A stretch of DNA of 63,254 bases, filler included, from Octopus bimaculoides (GCF_001194135.2; 5 parts of 4 records of this genome joined end to end with filler, not necessarily neighbours in it), one strand, 5' to 3'. Positions 49,359 to 62,075 are shown, counted from the whole stretch's first letter. Made by a program: numbers and translations. Notes: generated by a model from the letters alone, not told the origin.

Positions 49359-51464
49359 CTTGTATGTTTATGCATGTANNNNNNNNNNTGTATGTATGTG
49401 TATATATATATACATAGATGTGGATGTGTATGTGTATATGTATATGTATGTATATATATATGTGTATATATGCGCATTTGTGTATGTATTGAGATATATG
49501 CATATATGTGTGTGTGTTTGTTCGGATGGGTATATATATATANNNNNNNNNNNNNNNNNNNNNNNNNNNNNNNNNNNNNNNNNNNNNNNNNNNNNNNNNN
49601 NNNNNNNNNNNNNNNNNNNNNNNNNNNNNNNNNNNNNNNNNNNNNNNNNNNNNNNNNNNNNNNNNNNGATCTTATATATATATATATACATATATAACTA
49701 TTAATAGAACCTATTTTAAGTAGATTAAATAATTTATGGTATGTATAATTTTTTCACTTTGTTTTTCGTCTAAGTTCAATATTTGTGTAGATATAGTTCT
49801 GTGTATTTGTCTATTTATGTGTATGTATAAGTATGCATATATGTATATAAGTATGTATATATATACGAATATAAATGCGTGCACATGTTTTCCAGGATAA
49901 TTAGTACATACGAATATATAGATTTTTTCAGAGTGCTCAAAAACTCTCTCCACAGTAAGTATTTCATTGCAAAATAATTATTTACAAGATGGTATAAACT
50001 ACAAAAGAATATATTAGACTTTACAAGACTTTAAAAAACTTTATAAGAGGTGTTGAAAGAGTCGTCCTTCATTTTTAACACATAAGTTGACTCTTCTACA
50101 CCTGATTTGAAATACATCTTGGAGAGTCAAGATGAAAAAAATTCACTGCGGAAAGACTTTTTGAAGACCCTGTATAATAAACATTTTAATAATACATATT
50201 AGTTTCATTCATTAATTAACTTCTATCTTATTTTTATCCCAAATTTCGCTTCATAATTTATCATTTATTTTTGTTGTGAACTCCGCGTCGAGTTTTAATC
50301 ATTTAATTACTGACATTATTGGTGTCTAGTTTTTCACTTCTTCCATCCGAATCTATGGAAGCTCATTTCAGCACAATTACTTCTATTTTCTATTTTCCCT
50401 TAATCTTCATACATTCTCCCTTTATCTTCCTATTAATTAATAATTTTATTACTTTAATTAATTTAGTATATTAATCTTGCTAAGCCTTATATTTGTATGA
50501 GTGTGTGTATATGTACATACACACACATGTATATATATATATGTATGTGTATACAGGTATATGTGTTTGTGTATGTGAGTGAGTGCGCATGTATTACGTG
50601 CATGTGTGTATATATGTTTATATTGAATACCTAATTATCTCACCTTTCAACTCCCATAATTTAATAACCAGACGATAATTTTCTACACATCACCATTATT
50701 TGTATTTTTTCATGGGTGTGTCTGCATTATCATTATTTATATTAATTTATGACTAACTGTATTTTTTTTATTTTAACCATAATAGTACACTGTATTCTTC
50801 CTGTTTTTATCTTTCCATTTTGTTTTAAATATGATAAATTTCTTTGTACATCTTTCCGTGAAGATATTCTCACTTGTAGTAATCAACCAAATTAATTTAG
50901 TTAAATTAAATTAAATTTGGCTAATTTTTATGCTTCAAGTAATGAATTGAAACAATTGTAGGTATAGCTTTGTCAATGTTAATAAACTTTTATTAATTCT
51001 ATCTTCATTTTCTCTCTTGTTTTATATGATATTAATAATACTATATATCTATGTGCCTGCTTTGTTAGGCATTCAACCAGTCTATTTTTATCCCTCCGAA
51101 GTTTATATCCTCCCTTGTACCTTGATATATATATATATACATACATATATATATGCATATATATATATAGCAAATCGATAAATAGCAGACAATAGATAAA
51201 TATCAGTTCATTACAGCCGTTTCTAACGCATTTTAACAGATGAATAAGTACATTACATCATTGCATACATACATATAATTTCAAAACAATGCAAGATTAA
51301 TCCATGAGCGCAATGGGAACACGCCTAGCCATCTGCCGAAGCTAGCCTTGAGTGCGCTTTGGACCAACTTCTAGCAGTTAAATACATGTAAGGGTTAAAT
51401 TATCTGTATGCACAACCTGAATATTTTACTGAATCCTATTACTGAATCCTAAATATTGCGTTTG

Positions 51465-51495
<31 letters not shown>

Positions 51496-52619
51496 NNNNN
51501 NNNNNNNNNNNNNNNNNNNNNNNNNNNNNNNNNNNNNNNNNNNNNNNNNNNNNNNNNNNNNNNNNNNNNNNNNNNNNNNNNNNNNNNNNNNNNNNNNNNN
51601 NNNNNNNNNNNNNNNNNNNNAGAGGGATTTGAAGATGTAGTAGTCTCTATATTTTGTGTGTGTGTGTATGCGTGTGTGTACAAGAGCAGGGTATTTTGTA
51701 TGTATGTATATATGTATGTATGTATGCATGTGCAAATTTGTATGTTTTATGTATGTATTCTCATGCATATAGTTGCATATCTAGATATTCTCATATATAT
51801 TTAAATGCTAAATTTCTGGAATGTTTTACAGATGTTTACAGTTCCACTGATTGGAACTTTAAAAATCTGTAAAACTTTCCAGGAATTTATCATTTAAATA
51901 TATATGAGCATGTCTAGATATGCATGAGAATATATACATAAAATAAAACATACAAATCAGCGCGTACACATGCATACAAAAATACCCTGCGATGTTGAAA
52001 TCGCAATGAAAGAGCCCTGGATCTAGGTTAGAAACCGGCTCTTACTCTGTTGGCAAAATATCTTGAAATAAACTGAATAATGACATACATACATACATAC
52101 ATACATGCGTGCATGCATGCATACATACATGCTTACATACATATATTCATTATTATTTTGTGTACCACATAGATTCACATCATTTACACATAGCTTTACT
52201 TAGATTTACACATAGCCGATACTCTGTGGTATGCAAATTAGTCACTCCAGTTCTCTGAAGTTACTGCATTTGTTGAGTGCATAAACAGATTGGCTACTTA
52301 ATTTCCTTGGGATTGTTCAAGTGATGTAGATACGTCTAATGGGAACCCAAGGCTGGAAATGATTACCCCTGCCTTCACCCCAAATACTGTCCCAAATACA
52401 GAGTTCATGGCTCTGGCCCTAAACATGGATGTATAAAAGGCAACAGGTGTGCCTTCTTCCATCCTAAGCTGTGCCAGAATTCTTTATCTCTTAGGAAAAT
52501 TCCAAGTTTAGGCTTGTCTCGAAGGACATGACTAAACCTGGAACGCAACTTCCACCGCCTGGAAGGTACAAGACGAAGAAAAAAGTAAAAAGAAATACGA
52601 AAATCGATGAAGAATGTTT

Positions 52620-52672
52620 GTCACTGGACTAGACTAGTTTCGCCTATCAGTCGTAACCTCGTCAGCAGTGAC
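52620..52672 (-). ncRNA. Type-I hammerhead ribozyme motif with extended helix III
   Basis: Minus strand: GTCACTG-CTGACGA-GGTTACGACTGATAGGC-GAAA-CTAGTCTAGTC-CAGTGAC. Helix I is a perfect 7 bp, the core is canonical, the cleavage triplet is GUC, and helix II is weak (G-C plus G.U pairs). Confidence 0.72.
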
Positions 52673-53801
52673 TACTCAATTGCTCTATGGCTTGGCTAAA
52701 TCGGACTGTCAGTATATATATTTACCATATACATTTATGGCTGATTTGGCGAAAGGCTGTGTGCATCAAAATAAAATCAAAATAGAATCAAAAAATAAAA
52801 TCAAAATAGAATACTTTAATCGTCACTAATTTTGACTAAGATGCCAAAGTACCTACATTGCAAGAAATTAAAGCTATTGTGCGTTGTATGAAGCGAACAC
52901 TATATATATACTCTGCCAGGTGTGATAACTGCTCCATATGTATGTATGTATGTATACATATACACTCCGACGAATACTAACGGATCAAAACTTTGAAGTC
53001 CGGATCGATCCCGTCATCTCGTAAATATTTAATAAAAATGTACTCTACTAAAAGAGTATTAAATTTTGCTATATAAAAACAAACATCACTACACACACAC
53101 ACACACACACACATACATAGCTAAATGTGTGTGTGTCTGTGTGTGTAACTGATAAAATCATCAACATCGCTTAAAAAGCTGTATAATGTTAGGTCTTGTT
53201 AGGTTTTATGATTTCTTGATATAATATTTTTACATAATTGTTTACATTATGATATTTAATTGTAGGTTTATATTTCGCTATATAGCAAAACCAGTAACAC
53301 TTCCATAGTTATGGATCTAAGTTTTTGTAGATCTCAGTGTACTCTTCTATTGTAGTGCTGTGAAATAATATTATTTTATGCAATATTAATATGCGTACCA
53401 CATAATGTTGTAAAGGCGTGCGCATCTGACGATAAATTCTATTACCTGTAATGATTTGCAACGGTACCTTATCGTATATGCATAGTCAACTGTAAAGAAA
53501 GTGTCATATTTGTGTTTCCCTTGAAGCAGTTTCAGTCATGAAGTGTACAACTTCAATGCATTGAAATTTGTATGTTACATTGGTTGCCTGAAAAACGTGC
53601 TGTGTTCGCTAGTTTGTAGTTTTGTATTGACTAGAGTATTTTTCATTCTGCTGTTATTGTAATGTATACTAAACGTTAGTTTCTGATGAGATGTAGTACC
53701 GGCTGTGCTCTTTTTTGTGAATGCTTCAATTATAATTTAGTCCATTTTATAACCAGATGAAATCTGGTTCTTATAGTATACAATAAACATGATCCATGTA
53801 C

Positions 53802-54131
53802 GTGGCATGCATGGCCCAGTGGTTAGAGAGTCAGTCTCACAATCATGAGGTAGTGTGTTCGATTCTCAGACTGGACTGTGTGTTGTGTTCTTGAGCAAAA
53901 CTCTTTATTTCACTCAGTTGTAGAAATGAGTTGCGACGTCACAGATACCAAGCTGTATCAGCCTTTGCCTATCCTCCAGACAACATTGGTGATGTGGAGA
54001 GGGGAGGCCGGGATGCATGGGCGACTGTTGGTCTTCTATAAACACTCTTGCCCGGGCTTGTGCCTTGGAGGTAACTTTCTAGGTGCGATCCCATGGTCAT
54101 TCATGACCGAAGGGGGTCTTTACCTTTACCT
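53802..54131 (+). mobile_element. tRNA-derived SINE family C, full length with (CTTTAC)n tail
   Basis: TGGCCCAGTGGTTAGAG...GTTCGATTC head, body, and a GGGGGTCTTTACCTTTACCT end. Confidence 0.88.
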
Positions 54132-55364
54132 GCACGGGTATACCATCCGGTTTTGTTTCTTCTTTCTAGAAATACAGATACTTTTTAATGAAATTTCATA
54201 TAAATACCTTTCAGACGATAAAAATTACGATTATATCGAAGTTTAACGTCAAAAAGGAAAACAAAAATTGGTGGGCACACACACATACATACTGACCCAA
54301 ATAATGCATATATCAATCAAATGAAGTTCGAAATTATGAAAACATTGTGTGATTTCTATCAGTATGTATGTAATGCGCCCTACAGTTCTTAAACATTAAA
54401 TTCTGAAGCACCTCTAATCTATATCATCTGAAAAATATTTCTAGAAATTTTCAGAAACAAAACAAATTTTCTGAAAGTTATGAGGAAACAAACTAACTTC
54501 TGTGAATTATCTGAACCTCCTCGCTCCCCACCACCTTCGCTCCACTGAAAAACATTATAAGAACTAATTCTGATATAATCGGATGCTACGCCGTCTATAA
54601 GATATTTGTAGAAAATTTAATCATAGGGAATCAATTGTTCTGGAAGTTATGAGTAAATAAATTCGTGGCACACTCGTTTGTAGGTATGCCGCCGTGAATA
54701 ATTAGCACACACTGTATCTAAAGGAATGTTTCGCTAGTGGAGGTAGTAGTTCCTATATAAGTCTATGGTCTGGTTTACCAATATCTTTGAATCACTGGAG
54801 GCATTCACTGTCTCCCTTTTATATAACAACTTCCTAGAGTATTTGTGTAAGTCGAGTGCTATATGCGTTTCTTATTTTCGCTAACATATATCTAAGAACA
54901 TTTCTTATAATCTGAAATGTACTCCCCTCGGCATATACACTTAATTGTTTCTGTTACGTTTTTCCAATAAATATAATTACTGCCGCCAGTCTCTTTGGAT
55001 TATGGTTTTTCCTTATAAACAAACACACATACGCAAAACACATATAGGCACACAGAAACACAGAAACACATAAACGTGTCTGTTTAGAGATGGGTATGCT
55101 TCTGCACAAATTGTAAGTGTGTATAGAAGGAAAACTTGGATATACGTAGGCAAATACTGGCTGGTAGTAAAAAACAAAGATAAAAGACGATATTCACCTC
55201 AGGATTAAATCTAACACCTAATGAAATCAATCATACTTTTACTTTCAACAGACGTTAATTTCCTGTTATTCTCGCATTTGCAATGACCATTAACAAATCA
55301 CATATAGTTTCCAACTTCCACAATATTATCATTATTATCGTAGTCGTCGTTGTTGCCATCACGC

Positions 55365-55387
55365 TACTGTTGTTGTTGTTGTTGTTG

Positions 55388-55442
<55 letters not shown>

Positions 55443-55450
55443 CATCATTA
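55365..55450. repeat. Compound (GTT)n-(ATT)n-(ATC)n microsatellite
   Basis: Directly visible. Confidence 0.95.
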
Positions 55451-55559
55451 TTAATAATGGTGTATTTCAGAAAGGTAAATAAAAACTCACGGACCCCGTT
55501 TTTTTTCAGGGACATAGTAGGTTTGTGTATCTGTGAGTGTGTGTGTAATATATATACAA

Positions 55560-55599
<40 letters not shown>

Positions 55600-55604
55600 G
55601 CGCG

Positions 55605-55638
<34 letters not shown>

Positions 55639-55722
55639 CATACACATATATATATACATACATTTATATATATACATATATATACGTACATACATAATGC
55701 ATACATATACATATACACATAT

Positions 55723-55791
<69 letters not shown>

Positions 55792-56104
55792 NNNNNNNNN
55801 NNNNNNNNNNNNNNNNNNNNNNNNNNNNNNNNNNNNNNNNNNNNNNNNNNNNNNNTATATATAGATAGATAGATAGATAGATATAGATATATATATATTG
55901 GCTGTATCCCAGTATGGCTACAGCCTTTGGGCTGAAACACATAAAAGAATAATAGAAGACACACCCGCACACACACATATAGATATAAATATATACTTAT
56001 AAATACATATATATGTAGATAGGTTAATGCAGAAGAGAGTGAATATTTAGACAGATAGAGAGCAAGATAGATGGATAGATTAGTAGAGGAATAGTTAGAT
56101 ACAT

Positions 56105-56118
56105 AAGATAGATAGATG

Positions 56119-56188
<70 letters not shown>

Positions 56189-56190
56189 GA
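56105..56190. repeat. (GATA)n array
   Basis: Directly visible. Confidence 0.95.
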
Positions 56191-56425
56191 ATTAAAAGCG
56201 AGAAAGAAGCAAACGAATTGCCCCGTAAAAGCAAATATGAATTAGATCCATCAATATATAGATATTCACATGTGTGTGCATGTATGGATGAGTGCGTGAA
56301 TGTACGCTTGAATGTACGTAAGTATGAAGGCATGTATGCATTTACGTATATATATTTATATGAATATACACTAAAATAAATACATACATACATATATATG
56401 CTTTTTCAGCCAGCTGGTCGGCTAC

Positions 56426-56468
56426 TTCAGGCTGATGACGAGCAATGACTCAGAAACATGTCCCTGAA
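56426..56468 (+). ncRNA. Minimal type-I hammerhead ribozyme motif
   Basis: TTCAGG-CTGATGA-C-GAG-CAATGA-CTC-A-GAAA-CAT-GTC-CCTGAA. Helix I is a perfect 6 bp, helix III is the palindrome ACATGT, the cleavage triplet is GUC, and a non-canonical C.A pair closes helix II. Confidence 0.7.
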
Positions 56469-57393
56469 TGCAGACTAGGCTGGGTGGGGAGGCTTGTCTC
56501 CCCTTCACAAATATAAGGACACAGGAAATGTGAAGGCCAACAGGAAGCGTACCAGCTTCCTAGAGCTAAATAGCAGCAGTATAATTCCCTTAATGGGTCT
56601 GTCACATTAAGTTGACAGTAAACAACTGCTTCATCGTAACACTGCTGCTTATGTCTCTCTGTAAGATTTATAATTAGATCATTTCTAATTATATATATAT
56701 ACATACATATATAGGTGAGAAAGTTGCTATGTGAAAGCACGTGGTTGGATGTATAAAAGATAAACAAAAGTGAAAAAACTACAGAAGGCTTTTGTTACAT
56801 GGTTAAAGTATATATTTAAATTGTTACGTCAGAAAAATGTTATAAAATTTAGGGTGTATAAACATTGTATTTGGAGAAATAACCGGTTTCGTGTTGTCTT
56901 TTCAAATTTCTCTACTTGTATCATAACATATATATTAGACAAAATAAAATAAGAAAGCCAAGGGTATGAGGAGTTTTCAGGACATTTATAAGGGGATATA
57001 AGGAGAAATAGATATAGTCTTACTGCTGTTTCTGGGATATTTTGGACATACAAATATATATATTAGTGACTGTGTCTATTTATATATATGTATACGTAAG
57101 TACCTGTATGCGCGCATGCGCATGACTGTATGTAAGCGCGTCTGCACCTTTGCGTATGTATGGGTGCATGCATCTATGTGTATATGTATGCGCACGCATT
57201 TGCGTGTATGAATACATTTACGGATGCGCGTGAGCATGCACGTGTATATATATTTATGTGTATGTATATGCCTAAGTGTGTATATATATATATATATATA
57301 TATGGGAGAATATACAAATAATAACAACAGACGAGGACAGGTGGTGTAAATAACAAAAGTATATATTAGTATGACGCTCGGGAATACGGAAAG

Positions 57394-57430
57394 TCTTTGA
57401 CGTTTCGAGCTACGCTCTTCAACAGAAAGA
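57394..57430 (-). ncRNA. Variant minimal hammerhead motif in a PLE-like terminal repeat
   Basis: Minus strand: TCTTT-CTGTTGA-A-GAGC-GTA-GCTC-GAAA-C-GTC-AAAGA. The core has A6U plus an extra A; helix III is the palindrome ACGT. Confidence 0.5.
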
Positions 57431-57467
57431 ATACGGAGACAAGGAGAAAAACACGGAGAAAAAAAAT

Positions 57468-57567
57468 NNNNNNNNNNNNNNNNNNNNNNNNNNNNNNNNN
57501 NNNNNNNNNNNTTAATTAATTAANNNNNNNNNNNNNNNNNNNNNNNNNNNNNNNNNNNNNNNNNNNN
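57468..57567. other. Synthetic scaffold joint (44 N + TTAATTAATTAA + 44 N)
   Basis: Identical 100-bp structure. Confidence 0.95.
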
Positions 57568-57579
57568 TATATATATATA

Positions 57580-58720
57580 TATTTCGCTTTTGGATTTGGT
57601 TTGCAAGATTATCTATGTGCGTTCGTGTGTTGAAGCATATTCTGTTGTGTCTGGGGAGAGTCATTTTCTTTTAGTCTTGACTATTGAAAAGCTTGCAAGA
57701 CGCAACGAAAATTTTTAGGAAAATAAAAATAAGAAATAAGTGGAAATTTTACCGGGAAGTGTGTTAAATAATATGGCACAGAAAGAAAATGTCTTTCTCC
57801 AGACACAACAGAATATATATATTCCTGTATTTTGATTTACGATTGATACACAGTCATTCTCTGATGTAAAGTGTTTCCTGTGTGTTTAATGTAATTGTAT
57901 CCGAATCTTGAGCATGTTATTACATGTATTACATTTTCAGATGCACAGGTGAATTTACTTTTTATTGCAAAGAGTTGTACTTGTTTGAAACGTATCTCTC
58001 ACCCCTCTGTTAGATTAAAACATTTTCCACAGTTAGTTCCTCTGCATATTTTTATTGTTGGTTTTGTTGTAATAATTGTATTGTGTGCAGCTTGTGTTAG
58101 TATTTCTGCATTGATATGTTTTTTCTCTTTATCATGGTGTGTGCTTGAAGGATTTGACACTTCATGGGGACCTTTTCAGCAGCAGTATGTTTTGCAGTAT
58201 GATGCTGTTTTGAGGATTGTAGATGGAGATGTATTCAAGAACTGCCAATTTATATTCATTTCTTTGCTTTGGTTGTTTAAATTCCTGGATACCGAATTTG
58301 TGGTCTCGTTGAATTCCATTATCAAGGATAGTGTATAGTTCCTGTCAAGGAGTATACTTTTCGGTTCTTGGAATCTTATATCACGGATGCTTGTATCAGA
58401 TACAGTTGTACAGATCATTTTGTTATGGCCATAATACACATTCATTCGAGTAGGTCTTTGATGTGTTCAATTGGTGATATTATTTGGTGTCCGTAATTTT
58501 ATAGCAAATATCTGTCTCTATTTGGTTGTTGACTTTATCCGGACGTCTAAAAATGGGAATTGCTCATGACTATATTCCACGGGGAACTGAATATCTTCAT
58601 TAATTTCATGAGAAATATTTAAATTCTTTTAGCTTCTCTATACTTTCATTCTGTAGAATGAAGCAATCGTTGAGGTACCTTTTCCAGTTTTCTTGTATGA
58701 ATATGGAGAAAGAGGTTCTA
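57580..58720 (-). mobile_element. Penelope-like element remnant: RT (YxDD to thumb), GIY-YIG, and rearranged pseudo-LTRs
   Basis: Minus strand: IQENWKRYLNDCFIL; DIQF..EYS.EQ.PFLDVRI; ETDICYKITDT; CGKCFNL..G...FTCASENVIHVITCS...YI..TG.TLHQR. Inverted arms at 57637-57672 and 57782-57816. Confidence 0.88.
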
Positions 58721-59091
58721 TATATATGTCTGTATGTGTATGTGTGTGTGTATGTGCGCATGCGTGTGTGCATGTGTGAGTGTGTGCGTGTGTGTTTGTA
58801 TATTTGGACAGTAAACATGAGTAGTCATCGTTTGCAAAATACATTTTCGCAAAGCCCATCCAGTCGATTGGTCAGCTGCCCGGATCGATACTTGAACCAA
58901 AGAAGACTAACTCCTTTATTTCTGTCAAGTGTTGTCAAGTAGTTCCAGTTCTTTACCAGTCGGACTCTACAGTCGACGTCTGTCATAGAAACATATCGTT
59001 TGATGACGCTTTTAGGAAAGATTAAAACAGAAGTAGTCGGAACTATATTCTAACATTACCTCCTTGTTCAACCTTTCTTGCAATTTCTTAA

Positions 59092-59092
59092 A

Positions 59093-59148
<56 letters not shown>

Positions 59149-59232
59149 ATCCACCCCACCACCACTAGTAGTAGTAGCAGCAGCAGCAATAGTAGTAGTA
59201 GCAGCAGCAGCAATAGTAGTAGTAGTAGTAGC
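59092..59232. repeat. (ACT)n followed by complementary (AGT/AGC)n arrays
   Basis: Directly visible. Confidence 0.9.
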
Positions 59233-59510
59233 GTTTAGACACATTTTCAAATAAGAAACATTACGTTGAATTCTATAATAATTACGAAAATGACAATGCT
59301 TATATCAATATTATAATTCTATTAGAGTCGGAAATTAATATTTCTATATTTATACGATTAAAAAAAACATACTTAACATATCAAATCCTTCTTTTGTATG
59401 TATAAGATGTTTATGAGAGGAAAAGAGCGACAGAAGTTATTATTGGTTGGAATGCACAAACATGGAAGAAAATAGAGAAAATTGTGAAAACAAAATGGAA
59501 ATTGTGAAGT

Positions 59511-59573
<63 letters not shown>

Positions 59574-59782
59574 GTGCGTGTGTGGATGCAAGCACGAGCG
59601 GATGTTATGTGCGTGTGTGAATATATACGTACTTGTGTTTGTGCGTGTGTATAAATGTATATATGATATATATAATATATAAGTATGCACACACACACAC
59701 ACATACACACACACACACACATACACACACACACACACATATATATAAATGTATGTCTATATATATTACACACACACATATT

Positions 59783-59816
<34 letters not shown>

Positions 59817-61677
59817 TATGAATATATNNNNNNNNNNNNNNNNNNNNNNNNNNNNNNNNNNNNNNNNNNNNNNNNNNNNNNNNNNNNNNNNNNNNNNNNN
59901 NNNNNNNNNNNNNNNNNNNNNNNNNNNNNNNNNNNNNNNNNNNNNNNNNNNNNNNNNNNNNNNNNNNNNNNNNNNNNNNNNNNNNNNNNNNNNNNNNNNN
60001 NTATATATATATATATACCACAACTTCATATTTAACAACACTGCATTTTTAATATGTGATTTGTGTTTCATAAATTACAGGTTGAAATTGAAATTTAAAA
60101 TTTAAAGATATTTTTTGTTCGTCGAGAAAATATCGATATGGATATTTGAAATTGAAGAACGAAGAATGAAAATAAAGCACAATTATATTTCCTTAACTAT
60201 GTTTGGCACCAAACACCTATTGAGTTTATTTGGTATAAAGTTCTGTCAATGAAGATAATTTGAGTTCCGATGTTTGTTTAGTGGTGCCAGTTTGGTAGAT
60301 GCTAACTTGAAGGAAGAAAATGCGATTCCGTTGAATTCAACAGAAGTGTTCCTTCATGTCGGAAGCACTTTATCTAATCTCTGCATAATTATTCTCTTCT
60401 TTTCTAATTCCTTATAGTCTTCGGGTAAATAAGATGTTTGTTCCAACGAAGAAAGAAAACATCATATTTAGATAACGTAAACGTATAGAGTTATATCTAG
60501 ATTTTCATAAGATTTTAATATATTTTCGCTGTTGGCCATAAAATTTCAGTATGTAGAATACAAAATTAGAGGGTCTGGTCTATTTGTGTACTTGAAAGAC
60601 CTCAGGTTTTCGAAAGTATTAATCAAACACTTAGTTACATACGAGGTGTTTAATTAACCAACAATAGAAGCGCCAATGATAATAAAAAAAAACGTAAATT
60701 ACGCACCCCACCACACACATAAACACAGACGCACAAACACACCTACGTACATACACACACACGGATACACATAAACAAATATGTGTGTATATATGTGTGC
60801 ATGTATGTATGCATGCATGTATGTATGTATGTATGTATGTATGTATGTATGTATGTATGTATGTATGTATGTATGTATATATATATATATATATNNNNNN
60901 NNNNNNNNNNNNNNNNNNNNNNNNNNNNNNNNNNNNNNNNNNNNNNNNNNNNNNNNNNNNNNNNNNNNNNNNNNNNNNNNNNNNNNNNNNNNNNNNNNNN
61001 NNNNNNNNNNNNNNNNNNNNNNNNNNNNNNNNNNNNNNNNNNNNNNNNNNNNNNNNNNNNNNNNNNNNNNNNNNNNNNNNNNNNNNNNNNNNNNNNNNNN
61101 NNNNNNNNNNNNNNNNNNNNNNNNNNNNNNNNNNNNNNNNNNNNNNNNNNNNNNNNNNNNNNNNNNNNNNNNNNNNNNNNNNNNNNNNNNNNNNNNNNNN
61201 NNNNNNNNNNNNNNNNNNNNNNNNNNNNNNNNNNNNNNNNNNNNNNNNNNNGTGTTTATGCATTTGTATTTTTATGTGTGTGTGTTTGCGTGTGTGTACC
61301 TCTGTTTTCTTGTGTGTGCATGTCTGAGTGTGTCTCTGTGTGTGTATGGGGTTTTGTGACTATGTACTGTGTCTGTATGTACGGATGTGTATCTTCATAT
61401 GCGTGGACGTGTGTCTCCATATGTGTCCTTGTGTGAAGTGAAGTGTGTGTGTATATGGTCATCTGTTTCAGTCTTCATTTGTGTATGTGTGCTTGTCTGT
61501 TCGTATTACCTGTGTACCTATCCGTCTGTATGTCTATCTGTTTACTTTCATATCCATTTGCCTACATACATGTGCATATACATATACACATACACCCACA
61601 CACATCTACATCACAGCCCACTAACTATTCTACTTGTATTTATGTATAAACTGCGGGTATGGGGGTATGACTACCTA

Positions 61678-62075
61678 CTACGTATATTTCCGATTTAATA
61701 CTGAGGATGTTTCATTTATGAGGACGTACTCATGTATTTGTCTGAGTGTTGGGTTCTTTGGGTGCTTCGATAAAATGCGGATGTCAAGTCGACCCAGGTT
61801 GCGTCCATGTTGGTCCTTGGCATGTTGGTAGAGTATGGAGGACTGTTTTTTGTCGTCATACTTCACTCAAAAAGAACGCAGCTTGAATAACGGACAGAGT
61901 CAACAACTATTGAAGAGGTTGCAAGACGCAACGAAAAGTTTAGAAAACTAAATATGTAAATGAGGGGAAATTTTACCGGTGAGTGTGTTAAATTATAAGG
62001 CACCAAAAGGGAATGACTCTCCCCAGACACAGCAGAATATGCTTCAACAAACAAACTCACATAAAGAATCTTGCA
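61678..62075. mobile_element. Penelope-like remnants: GIY-YIG C-terminus (minus, 61678-61866) back-to-back with a pseudo-LTR (plus) homologous to 57675-57816
   Basis: SILYQHAKDQHGRNLGRLDIRILSKHPKNPTLRQIHEYVLINETSSVLN. The segment TTGCAAGACGCAACGAAAA...GGAAATTTTACCGG..AGTGTGTTAAAT...CCAGACAC.CAGAATAT is shared with 57.7 kb. Confidence 0.75.

Noticed and set aside
50315-50375. Additional hammerhead-like folds (also about 43190-43235, 51207-51244 and 54210-54255)
   Set aside because: Each needs several substitutions or indels in the catalytic core or helix I, so they cannot be distinguished from chance by eye.
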